DNA of 64,000 nucleotides from Pocillopora damicornis (Eukaryota): NCBI RefSeq assembly GCF_003704095.1, contig NW_020844867.1, positions 62,001 to 126,000 of the forward strand, read 5' to 3'. Shown piece by piece: positions 36,901 to 48,895 of this stretch (position 1 is its first letter; each line of letters starts with the position of its first letter). The notes under the pieces were generated by a model. It saw only the letters and a program-made list of their open reading frames with translations, ran no database searches and was not told where the DNA came from. The position numbers and the translations under genes were made by a program.

Positions 36901-39900
36901 GTATCTCACTGGCGACCGTTACGATTAAGGTTGCTGTTCAAATAAGGTAATCAGTCAAACTCTTGTTCATTTTAGCAACATGCGTAACAAAAAATGAAAT
37001 GAATGCGATAAGTTTCAGCATAATTTGATTTGAGTCTATCTCTGTTTTGATCTGAAATCTGTCGAAACAGAATTACTATCGATCGGATTTAGAACGGTTC
37101 ACTTGAATATCACGTCAAAAGTTCTCTGAGTCTAATTTTCACGTAAAAATCTTTGGACGTGAGAAATTTCAAAAGACAAACATTTTTGCTCAATTGTACG
37201 TGCACGTTCTTTTCGTTTTATGCGTTACAAAACATACATCGCGTTTCAAAATCTGAAGTATAACAGTTCTGTGACGTGTGCTAGTCACGTATATACTTTC
37301 TCCTGAATGTTTTTCTTGGCGTGACCCTATCTTGCAGTTGTAAAACATTGTTCGCCTTTAATCTGTTCATCAAATTACATTTTTCACGAACAGTTTTATC
37401 CTTTAGTCAAATTAATTTCATTAATTAGATCTAAGATTATGCTCCAGCCTTTAGTCGGAAGGCAGAAGAGCATTTTCTCGCTAAATTTCGTTGGCATACG
37501 ACGTTTCAGCCGCCATCTTGGATTTATTTTGGCGTCAGGCAAATCCAAGAATAAAAACACAAAAACAACTCTTCGTAAAAGGGTTGGGTGGCATCATCAT
37601 AATTTTGCACCCTCCATTTGTGATGAGCTATTCTTTCTTTCTCTAAAATTGAAAAAATCCTTCGCATTGTCCAACCAAAAATGAAAGGACTGAAGCACTT
37701 GTCATAGTTTAAAATTGTATTGCTCCTAAATACAGTACACCAATAAAACCTTTGTAGACTCCCAGCTGTCCAACCTTTTCGACGAGGTCCGTTGCGCGAA
37801 ACAAGAAAGATCAGTGAAACAAAAGATTAGCTATATTGCACTTTGCTCCCAGAGTTCCTCGTGGCGCGCAAACATCCTTTTTTTTTCACTATTTTCTTTT
37901 TCACTCGCGTGTTGGCCTTCGCCGAAAAGCAGGTACTATTCATGGTCTACAATCTTTCCAAATCAATCTTCTTTTTCGACAAAAACGCAAGAAAAATCGA
38001 GATTTCTGTTGAGTATTTCTTGTCAGGGAACACGCATCTGTGAAATAGAAGTCAAAGACTTGCGCTTAATTTCAGGAGGGTAGCGAAACAAATGATCACA
38101 TTCAATCAAACTTTGAAGATGGAGTTTTTTAGGAAACATCGACTGAAAAAAACTGCTGTTGAGAAAAGTTGCCTAATAAGTAAAATCGTTTAGCAAACAA
38201 GAATCAAATGTTTCAGAATCTCGTTAGTTTTTCAATATTTTAAACAGAGTACTCCAACAATTCTGATGAGATATTGTCAACAATTCGTCGCACACTCGTT
38301 GAAGTAATGTGAGCTCATTGTCTGATTGAAAAAAAAGAAAAAAACCTGGAACCACTTTTGTCAGCGTGAAACTGTTCGAGACAATACTTAATCGAAGGCC
38401 GGATGGGTCTAATTTTCCGGTTTTGCAGACATAGATTAGTTTGTCTAAGTTTTACAATCAAATGGATGATCAATTAAGCAATTTTTTTTTTTCAAAAACA
38501 CAACAATTGCAGAGAAGAATTCTCTAGGGTCGAATCGATTCAATTAGCTTCAGAGGCCATTGTAAATATAATCGAAAACAATGTCACAGAAGTCTATTAA
38601 TAGATGTCAACAATACACTCTGATTTCTAGTGCATCCTATCACCAAGAGGAAAAGGGCTACGGGAGAAAGTTTATGCCCATAATATCTACAACAGCGATG
38701 TTATTCTATCACACAAATACTTCTTTAATTTTCCTCTTTTTTGTAAACGCAAGAATCGTGAAAAAGTGAAATACAGCAAATTATTTCATGATCAGTTACC
38801 GCCACGGTTTTACTACTACCTTTTATTTAAAAATGACTAAAGAAAAAAACTTATGAAAAAAATAATGATATTAAGGATTTGAAAACCCGTGCAATATTCA
38901 TGGCTCTGATTTCAGCCTTGATTAGGTACCAGCAGGGAGAAATATTCTTGCGGTAATTATGGTCAGAACTACCGGTATAACACTTTTAAAATCACTATTT
39001 TCACAACGTAGGATTGAGCTCTCAAGAAAAGGTTTTATTCGAATGGTAAAAGGAAAACCATAACAAAATTCCGTTTATACCCCGATAAATTGATTTGATT
39101 TTCATTTTACAAGGACGCCCTTGGAATTGTCAGCTGAGTACAAAATTGCCATGCAGTAAAGCGGTCGATTTGATTTTCACGTCAACAATAGTATTGATCT
39201 TCCGATGAAGATAATCAAGACCGATTTAAAAGTGCTTTTTGCATGAAAAGTTGCATCGAACGTGACAAACATGTTTAATTATTACTTGACTGGCTCCACT
39301 TGCCTCTAAGCAAAATTTTACAAACAGGTAATTTGTACTTTTTTGTCGAAAGCGAAATGAAACTAAGACCAATAAACTAACGAAGAAAAGTAAAACAAAT
39401 ATTTAATTCACTTTGAATGGAAGTATCTGTCAATATTTTTATACATTTTCAGCCACAAATCAAATTCATCTGTCAACAAAGAAGAAATTGTAGAATCTTA
39501 ATTCATTTCAAGCTGCCACGCGGTAGCAAAAATAGCGCGGCGAACAAGTTGAAGATTTTCATAAGCTTGGTCTGATTACCTGTAATGGCTCGAAGGAAAT
39601 TGCTGTCATGAAAAGTGACCAGAGCAGATAAAAATGCTAAAAATTTCTTCTGCCGAAGTAAAAGCCTTATCCATTCATTTAAAAGCGAAATGGACTCGCT
39701 TTTAGTGAATGACAAACTTCCCAATGGATTCTAGAAGTTATGGCGGCCACAATCAAAACGTCCAAAGTGTCTGATAAAATACAGTTGTACTTGCTGATAA
39801 GTCCGCCAAAGGCAGTATCAAATTGATAGTTACCCGGTGCTCGCGGACCGTGGTATCTTGTTTTAACAGCTGAAAGGAAAAACTTCCCAGTAGATGAATC

Positions 39901-40678
39901 AGTTTAGCAAAACTGGGAGGTATGTTTTTATGTTTTGAAAGCCAAAAAGTGCATAAAGGTGTATTCAAACCTTGTATTTGAAAAAAAATTATTGAACATT
40001 GAGTAACAACAAATTAATATTTTATTGCCTTGTTAAACGAAGACTTTCATCGAAATCAATCTTTGAGTGGTCATTTAGAAATTTTTACATGTGCTTATGA
40101 AAAGTTAGGAAATTGATATATGTGAAGACTGTACAAACACAACACTAGACATGTATTAAAGTGACTAAAGTGATAGAAGAGATTTAACGTGAAGTTTCCT
40201 TTCCTATTCTTATTCAAATCAGACCATCTATAATTCAGAGGTAAGTGCTTGATTTGTTTTTCCGATTCGGTAGCCTGGAGCGATATTCGCCCGTGAAATT
40301 TGGGCTTTAAATATGGAAACTGTGAAAACTATCTCACACAGCTGTATCGAGTCAAGTCGCGGCGAAGCTGTATTAAAGTAGCGTTGCTTGTATGAGAATC
40401 TCAGATGAAGATTCCCACGAATTCCAGCGTAATCATTGAATGAAGGAATTCAGCAATTTGTCATATTTAGCTGAGAGAAATTTCGTACGTGACTTCGATA
40501 TAGTTCTTCAAATATAAAACCTACGTGCTGAAAATCCTGTTTGGTCAAAACTGGAATTCCTCTTAGCACAAAGCACGGCGGAAAGCCCCTAAGATCAGCT
40601 ATGGGTTATTTTCATGTGTTTTGGATTCGAGTGCACAAGCCACCATGGAATAGCAGATTGCCACAAACTATTTCCAGA

Positions 40679-41260
40679 ATGCCCAAAATTACGGTCTTTG
40701 TGTTTTCGATGGTTTTTTTGGGGGGGTTTCTGGGAGTTTCCGAGAGTCGAAAATGCGCGAGCCATCGAGATTGCCTTGGGGACTACATCTACTGTTGTAG
40801 CGGTTACTGTCGGCGATCTTGCAACATATCGTGTTCCCGAGAAGAACACTGCGGCTCGCCGGGAAGCCTCGAAGAATACTGCTGCAAAGGAAAGTGTATG
40901 TCCACTTCGTTGCCTTGTGAAAAACCTCCAAAGGAGAAAGAAAATGCCCTTAGCGGTCCGCTTATCGCTTTGGTTGTAATATTTAGTGTGATTCTGGTAG
41001 TTGCTGTCGCTTGCCTTATCAGATCTCATTGGAATAAATTGCGCGCGCACTGTTTCGACGAACGCGCGCGACAAGTGGAGATACCAGAAAGGTCCGCCAA
41101 AGTCCGCGGCGCAGGGTTCGTATCGCTTGGAGGGTCTTTTGAAACTGAAGATGGATCAAGTTATACCGAAAGAATTTCTCTGCAATCTTCTGGCACTTGG
41201 GTTGGTCAAGACTTTACGATCGCTCAACCAAAATCGGCGAAACGTAGTGGTCGCGTGTAA
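40679..41260 (+). CDS. Intronless type-I membrane protein with two Cys-rich (C-C-CC-C-C) repeats
   Basis: 193 aa: signal peptide MPKITVFVFSMVFLGGFLGVSES, two 6-Cys repeats, TM LIALVVIFSVILVVAVACLI, Ser/Gly-rich tail. Possible 5' UTR intron 40241-40677 (gag|gtaagt ... tttccag|). Confidence 0.8.
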   Translation: MPKITVFVFSMVFLGGFLGVSESRKCASHRDCLGDYIYCCSGYCRRSCNISCSREEHCGSPGSLEEYCCKGKCMSTSLPCEKPPKEKENALSGPLIALVVIFSVILVVAVACLIRSHWNKLRAHCFDERARQVEIPERSAKVRGAGFVSLGGSFETEDGSSYTERISLQSSGTWVGQDFTIAQPKSAKRSGRV

Positions 41261-42264
41261 AGAAAAGAGAAATATCACACAATTATTCCTTTCTTATCGG
41301 AAGTTGTAATGCATCTGTGACATTTACAGCACGTGTGATTTAGCATGAACGTCGGCGTTGAAATTGATAAGTGATAGAATTCCTTGAAATATAATTTGAC
41401 TTCTAAAAAATTTGCGGAACATTCAAGTTTGAGAAACAACAATAAGACAGTGTTGCGCGGTTCTGCATCTTAAATAGACCTCTCGTTTTAGCTAGGGAGA
41501 AAAAGTAATAATATCTCCATAACTGGTCGATTTTTTACTGAGATAGATCAATAGAATCATTTATTTTAGCTTTCACCAGGGCTAGGTGTCAAGCTTCACT
41601 TTTCCCTCTCAAGTAAATCTCGAACTCTCTTTTCTAGCTAAGCATTGGCTATGTGAATCGACAACTCTTGAAATTTCCGGAGAAATCCATAGAGCCTTAC
41701 CAGACAAGCGAATTACATAAGAAACCGAAATATTTAAAATGTGGCAATAGATGAAACTGTAAGTTAGTTGAAATCCCAGTTACCAACATTTCATGATAAA
41801 GAAGCCCTTACAAATGATAAGTGCGTCTTGCATAATTATTTTAGTTTACTCTTCTTTAAGTCGAGTACTATTTTCTCTTCATAAACCATTCTAGCTAAGT
41901 TTCACGGGCGTTTCAAGAAACCTAAAGCTATAGGATACGTGCAATTACTCTTAAAATAAAATTTTTCATTCGCTATTCCACAGCGTGGATTATAGTTTTA
42001 TTACCAATTTTTCCCAAAATTTCTATAATTATAAAAGGGAAAAGGAAAAAAAGCTAGCAGAAGGCGGCGTGTAAGTATTTTGTATTTGCGATAAATGAAT
42101 TAGAGAGTCTGGCCCAGTTCGGCTTAAAGCTGGTTTAATGGGGGACCTGCATAAACAACAGGGAGTTTAGGAAACGACGATGGCGGCGCCGTGGGTAACG
42201 TCGGTTAAGAAAATGAACTTTTATTCTATCTACAAAGAAATCTTAGAACGAAAGGGCGGAGGGC

Positions 42265-42420
42265 TAACGCTCTGACGAAGGGCTAAAGATCGAAACGTAA
42301 GCTTTCTAATCTCAAGTTATGTTGGCCAGTTCACATTATCAACTCAGTTGATAACACCAAATTATCTTGTGCCCCCCCTCCACCAACGCAGCACCATAGT
42401 TTCCTTAAAAAATTACCCCT
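42265..42420 (+). repeat. Penelope-related repeat carrying a minimal hammerhead-like motif
   Basis: CTGACGA (42272-42278)...GAAACGTA (42292-42299); downstream sequence is shared with the 27600-27870 element. Confidence 0.55.
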
Positions 42421-45400
42421 TTTTGCACTGCATGTTAATTCACTTGGAAATTATCATACTAATCATAAGCAGCGCCAAAATTGATCCCCTTGCGCAAGCC
42501 CGACGTTTGACCTTTGGGTTAGATAGAGCTTACACTTTCCTTTGAGACATTTTCACCTTTGCTAATGTGTACAGCAAGCAAATTTTTCGTAATTATTAAG
42601 GGAAAAGTCGTCAGTGTAAGTATGGCTTTATGGCAAATATGATCTGTGTTGACTTCAACAGAAACTTCACGGCGGTTCCCTAAAGTGACAATCCAGGTTC
42701 TCGACATGAGGCTTATCACAGAAACGGCGTGAACCTCTGTCAAGACGGTAATTTCCAGGATATTTTCTTAACTGGCAGAGATTAAAAACGAAACGCTACG
42801 TCACAAGTATGCGGTCTACAACGTGGGCTCAGGCGTGCGAGGTTTAAAATTTAGCGAAATCCGCGGGAAAAAGGGGGCTGGCATTTGAAACTGAGCCATT
42901 TTGTTGTCGTCGAAGGCATGTCCCTGTCACCAGTGTTTTTAAGGAGAAAACTAATTTTCGAAAATATTTAGGGGGTGTACGAAGTTTTTCTAGGTTGCTC
43001 TGTAAAAGAAAAGCGGCCACACAAACAACGCCTCGAATCAACAGAAAATCAACCATGCAAACGACTAAAGATCCGATTTCCGCGCCAAAGCCTAGCGCAT
43101 GCGTAACGTTATTCAGCTATGTCTTCCCAGCTCTCTTCCTTTTGATTGCGAGGCAGAAATTCTATTCTCTAATTTTAATAATAAATCCGTTAGAAACCAG
43201 TAACTCAAGTTTGATTAGCATGATAAATTAACGAGAAAGAGCCTATAAATAAACGAAAAGGCTATCAAGGAGAGGATTACGGGGTATAACAAATAAAAAA
43301 CATTGAAACATTTGCATGAAGCAAATGGTCACGTAGTAACTCAGGGGCGCTGTTGTCAGATTTCCATCAATTTTACGGAAGTACGACAGTTTATTAGCAA
43401 GCTCAGCGTGAGAGGAAGTTAAAAAAACTCAATTAAACGTTAATATCACCACCAGCTACTCGTTACTGTTCAAGAAGCGAAAAGAAATACGGTATATTTC
43501 AAAACCGACGCCTCACGTCGTTGTGTGTTCAGAAGTAACAAGACAATAGTTTTACCAGTTTTACTATAAGACTTAGACCAACAGGGCGTTAGAGGAAGTT
43601 TTAAATCAGAATCGATGCTAAAAATAAAGGAAACATAGAAATTTGTACAGAGAAGTGCTTAATGTAACCAATACGGGCCAGGAATGTGAAGAGAAATTTC
43701 AGAACAACTGGAACTAAATTACCAACCAAAACTATTGTTCAAGAAGTATTAGCTGAAGTTGCAACAACGAACGACACACAGTAATCACATCGCCCATTCC
43801 TAAATTAATAGGGCTTTTTTTCACAGTTGCTATGACGCAATGTGATTCATGTCTCGATTGAATAAAAGGATTACTAAGCTTAAGACAAGTTTACAAACCT
43901 CTACAAACAATACGTCATAGGCACAGACTTCTATAACAAAAGCGTTTCAAGCTACTCGTTTGAAAAACAAAAACGTACCGAAACACACGAGCAGAAAAAA
44001 TAAAAGGGCAGCTTAGCCATTGTTTGTCGAAGAGAGCTGATATTCGGTCGCCTGTTAATCGAAATCACGACGACTAAGCATTGATGATACAGAAAGGCAC
44101 GCTGGTCGAGCGCCTGAGTGAGTGACTCTCTTGAAGCGTTGGTTGTCTGGCGAAGTCTGCCGTCAAGTCAAACAATTCAGAGCAAATCCAGTTGCGAACT
44201 TGATTTGAAGTACGCCTAAGGGCCTGGTAAGTGCATTATCGAAATATCGCGGCGTGATTTTCAGTAAGTCATGATTTAATTGCACCAAAGAATACTTAAG
44301 TTCACAAACACGTGATAAACACCTTGACGAGGAGCAATGGTAGAATTTAACTTGCTAGGATTTGCACTCCAAAACTCAAACATTACAAACAAACATCGTA
44401 ATGGTTCAATACCGCGTTGGGAGAACTGTAATTGAGTTTACGAGCAAAAGCTTTCTCTTCTATTACAGTAAGGACATTTACAGATTAGAACCAACCTTTT
44501 CATTGTTGTCTTATTTAAGCCGATTAATAATAAACATGGGGCGTATTATATCAGCTTCGCGGGAAAGACTCAAAAACTTTCCCGGAAAAAATATGTCGGA
44601 AAAGCATACTTCATTGAACGTTTCGCTCTGTTCTCTTGTATCATCAAGAGAGGCCCGGAGAGTATTTTTAAGTAGCTAGGACTCAATGATCGCTTCAATT
44701 TCATTGCCAAGGAAATCTCGTGGATAATTTAACAATAGCGCCATTCTTGCAAGGATATCGGCTTTTGAACACACCGTTCTCGATTTCATCAGTACCTGAT
44801 GTGCCAATTTTCCTCGGTTGACATTAAGTTTTTTTTTTTTTGGCACTAGTTATGTAATCTTCTCTTCTTGCAGGAAGTGAAGTAAGCTCACTAATAAGAA
44901 CGTTTAGTTGTATCTGAGTCTAAGAATTGCGAATCAACCGAACATGTTTAAGCACTGGGAAGTGTATTAAGTTAGCACCTTTTCACAGGTTTAAAGTGTG
45001 TTTCATAATCACAGCTGGGCGTGACATCGCGAGTTTCAGGTGCTTAATTTCTTAACTACATCAAATGATTTCACTAGCCCCTCTGCCTTTTAAGCCAAAT
45101 ATATTGGGTAAAATGAAAGCATCGTCTTCCACCACCTAAAGCTTTTACTCGAGCCGCACAGTTCAGAACATAAAGTGTTGTTTGTGGAATTCCAATTTTG
45201 TGTTGTCTCTTCAAGACGCCAGAAAAGGAAGTGGATTGAATTCAATCAGCCTATTTTCAACTATTCAGTAAAGAGTTATCGAACAATTTTTAACAAGATT
45301 TAACAACCGTAAGTAAGTACTCTTTAACAAACCTGCTGGTAAATAAACATCTATATTTCGCGATTTTGGTATTCGCTAAAGGAGCGACGAGTAAATATTT

Positions 45401-46807
45401 TGTCATCGATCGTACGCGCACTGAATTTGATCGAAACGCAATTACTACGAAAACACGGATTAAAGACTTAGATTATTGTTAAAATTATTTTCTGTATGAT
45501 GAACTTTTTGTTTGTTGTGTAAGTTTCCTCTCAGTTAGAGAAGAGGATTTAGTTCTTAACAAGAACATACTTAAAGCACGTTCGCAAGTTTGGCAGCTTT
45601 AGACAAAGTACACTGTCAGCATATCGAGTGTAACATAAAACCATAACGAGCCGCAAAACGGACTTGAGTAGAATGGGTGAATGGACTAAAATTGACTTGA
45701 ATCATGCTGGATTGACAACCCTTGTAGAGCCTTAGTAGTGTGCAATAAACAAGAGATTAACTCGCCGGAAGCAAGAGCTCTGCTGAAGAATTTTAATATC
45801 ACCTAATAACTCTTATCCAATTTTCTTTTTGAGAGAGGTAACGACCTCCTGTCTGGTTTGATTAGATTTAGACGCTCACTATTGTTGCAGATTATAAGTC
45901 TTGATTGGCAGTAAAAGAAGCATTAGCGCATTTTTAATTACTCAGTTGACAAATTACTTTAGGATGTAATTGCAGTTATTTCTCGTGCGCAGGTTAATTT
46001 CTTGTATTTGCGAGCAAGGTCCGAGAAACGAACCGATATTTAAAGAACTCATTTTCCCCAAATTATTCTTAAGCCGGTCGCTTAATTTGTTTCACTGTGC
46101 AAGTACAAAAAGTGAATTGTACCTCACTTACTGCGAACCAATCAGAGCGCTTTCCCATTGATACTTCGTTTAGCGTCCCTAAGGCAAATGATCTCTGTAA
46201 TCTAGGTTGTAAAGAAAATCCTTTTGTGAGAAAACAAAAGGACGCCTTAAAATCAACAGCTGGCGTGCTGGTCATAATAGTAAACCAGAGAAACTTTAAT
46301 TCCTTCTTGCGAATTTAAAATTTGCATTAATGAGCGACCGATGTTAGCGTTTCGGATTCAAATGTTGCGTGTTGTCATGTAGTTCAAACAAATCCCGTGT
46401 GGCTAAGTCATTTTTGACATGATTTTGGCAGTTTCTGAGGTATTTTATTGGCTTGTGTCAACGAAACTTTTGTTTTGTAATCTGTGTTATCCTTTCGTTT
46501 GCAATATTTGCATTTTAACATTCGATTTATTTTATCTTTGTACTTTCCAGGAGTGAATTTCTGCCACGTTTCGCTAAGGGGAAAAGCAATTTTCTTGAGG
46601 CGCTCGCCTATCTTCGATCAAGCCTTTGGTTAAAGACGGGAAAATATCAAAAGAAACTTCCTTGTTCAAACTCCCCCGCAACGATTACTTATTTTAGCTT
46701 CGTAAACAACGTCGGTTCCAAAATTTGTTTTCAAGTGCTCTCTAACCGACTTTCGAATTCATCTACATGTGGTTGCACGATTCAGATCTTGAACTGTCTC
46801 AGGAAAC

Positions 46808-48895
46808 ATGGATCAAAGCAAACTGTGCGATTTAAACGACGAGATTCTGAAACGAAGGTTTTACAACTGTATGATGAACTCCTTTCTTCCAGACAAGATC
46901 TCCCAAACGCCTGCGGCGCTGTTGAATGGCTATTTTGCTGAAATTGTAACGATTAATACAACAAACTCGAAGTTTCTCCGATCACCTCCTGTTCATCACA
47001 GTCATCATCGCAAGTTCCACAAACACTCAAAGGACCATGCGATTTATCATATCCAAGATCAGTTCCTTGAGGACATACCCGAGGAACAGCCTGAAGTAAC
47101 CAGTATGTTGGGAAGCTGTCCTGATCATCAAAAAGAGAAACTGAAGTACTTTTGTGAAACTTGCGATGAGCCCATTTGCTTAGACTGTACAGTCACGGAA
47201 CACAGAAAACACAGATTTTCTTATCTACGAGACGTTTATCATAAGCAAAAACACAGCATGGCCAGTCTACTAGGACAGGGAAAAACTCAAATGGAAAACA
47301 CACGAAAATCTTTAAACGAAATCAAAAACATGTTGTTTAAACTTCACGAAGAACGGACGAGTATGGAAAAAGCTATTCAGAAGCATACGCAGATTTTAAT
47401 TGCGACTTTACAACAACAGGAAGATAAATTGTTGAATGAACTTAACAGCGCATTTAAAACAAAGGAAAGCTCTTTGCGGAAGGAGAAACAACATTTTGAG
47501 TTGATTCTTGAACGTCTGAGTGGCAGCTGTCAGTTCACTGAGGGAGCCATAAAAATCGGCAATGAGTTAGAAATTTTGGTCATACAAAAGCACTTGAAAA
47601 GACGGCTGAATGAGATTTCAAACACCAGAAGAGACTACAATACGAAGAATTACAGGAACATATACTTCTTTCACGACGAAAACTCCGTCGAAACCACTCG
47701 GAAAGCTCTCGGTCATGTGCTCGTTTCCGATACATGCTCAGATTTATCGACGGCAAATGGTGACGGACTATCAAAGGCTCACGTCGGCACACCAGCAGAA
47801 TTTGTAGTGAAAGCGAAAGGTTTCGACAACCAGCCGAAAACGTGCGGCGGAGATCTCGTGACGATCGATGTTCGGAGTCCAAATAAGGCAACTGTTAGGT
47901 CGGAAATCGTCGACAGAGGCGACGGGAGCTATGCAGTCGGCTTTACTCCGAGTCTTAACGGCGAGCACGAAGTTGGAATCGCAATCCATCATCAACCCAT
48001 CAAAGGCAGCCCATTTAAAGTTATGGTTACCAATCCCCGTATTTACAGCAACGTAACGCGTCCAACTTTATGCATCGGAGGCTTGGGGGAAGTTAAAGGA
48101 AAGTTCAAGCTTCCTTGCGGCGTGGCAGTCGATAGCGAAGGGAAAATCCTCGTGGCCGATTGCCATAATAATCGTGTGCAGATTTTCGATCCTCAAGGAA
48201 AGTTCCTTAAGAGTTTCGGAAACCAGGGAGATAAAAACGGACAACTGAATCATCCTACAGACGTGGCTGTCGACAGACATGGAAATATTATTGTCTGTGA
48301 TAAGGACAATCACCGCGTACAGAGATTCACGAAGGACGGTGTCTTTATCAACAAATTTGGTGGTTATGGGGAGACACAAGGCAAGTTCAAACGTCCGTGG
48401 GGAGTTTCCTTGGGCAACGAGGACGAAATCATCGTCACTGACCGGCGGAATAGCAGGGTTCAAATTTTTAAGGAGGACGGCAGCCTTTTGCGCGTACTTG
48501 GTTGCCATGGACACGCGCAGGGACAGCTTGATCACCCTTATCACGCTATTATGGACGCTAACGGACAAATATTCATCACAGACAGCAACAACCACGCTGT
48601 CAAAGTGTTTGACTCAAACGGGAACTTTGTGAGGGCGATTGGTGCGGAGGAAAATGGCCAATCAATGCTTAAGTATCCAACGGGGATTGCCTTCGACATG
48701 GACAATCACGTGATTGTATCTGATCAATACAATCATCGGGTTCAAGTTTTTAACGAGGATGGAAGTTTGAAGGCAACTCTTGCCTCTGGACTCAATGGCC
48801 TCGCCCAGAAATGCTACCCCAAGGGTGTGGCTGTTTCTCCAGGTGGATACATCGTTGTTGCCGACAGTGACAATCACCGAGTTATTGTGCTGTGA
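46808..48895 (+). CDS. TRIM-NHL protein (B-box2, coiled coil, filamin, 6 NHL repeats), TRIM2/3/71/brat-like, no RING
   Basis: 695-aa single-exon ORF: CPDH..YFCETCDEPICLDCTVTEHRKH (B-box2), coiled coil, filamin (DRGDGSYAVGFTP..IKGSPFKV), six P.GVAVD..I.V.D..NHR repeats. In-frame TGA at 46790 upstream. Candidate 5' UTR splice sites at 44226 (donor) and 46550 (acceptor). Confidence 0.92.
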   Translation: MDQSKLCDLNDEILKRRFYNCMMNSFLPDKISQTPAALLNGYFAEIVTINTTNSKFLRSPPVHHSHHRKFHKHSKDHAIYHIQDQFLEDIPEEQPEVTSMLGSCPDHQKEKLKYFCETCDEPICLDCTVTEHRKHRFSYLRDVYHKQKHSMASLLGQGKTQMENTRKSLNEIKNMLFKLHEERTSMEKAIQKHTQILIATLQQQEDKLLNELNSAFKTKESSLRKEKQHFELILERLSGSCQFTEGAIKIGNELEILVIQKHLKRRLNEISNTRRDYNTKNYRNIYFFHDENSVETTRKALGHVLVSDTCSDLSTANGDGLSKAHVGTPAEFVVKAKGFDNQPKTCGGDLVTIDVRSPNKATVRSEIVDRGDGSYAVGFTPSLNGEHEVGIAIHHQPIKGSPFKVMVTNPRIYSNVTRPTLCIGGLGEVKGKFKLPCGVAVDSEGKILVADCHNNRVQIFDPQGKFLKSFGNQGDKNGQLNHPTDVAVDRHGNIIVCDKDNHRVQRFTKDGVFINKFGGYGETQGKFKRPWGVSLGNEDEIIVTDRRNSRVQIFKEDGSLLRVLGCHGHAQGQLDHPYHAIMDANGQIFITDSNNHAVKVFDSNGNFVRAIGAEENGQSMLKYPTGIAFDMDNHVIVSDQYNHRVQVFNEDGSLKATLASGLNGLAQKCYPKGVAVSPGGYIVVADSDNHRVIVL

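Noticed and set aside
34000-40200. Isolated splice-donor-like sites (36092, 39327) in a long intergenic stretch
   Set aside because: No coding frame or consistent exon chain; could be UTR exons but unsupported.
40541-40678. 46-aa N-terminal extension in the ORF track
   Set aside because: Starts at TTG; the signal peptide begins at ATG 40679, right after a plausible acceptor.
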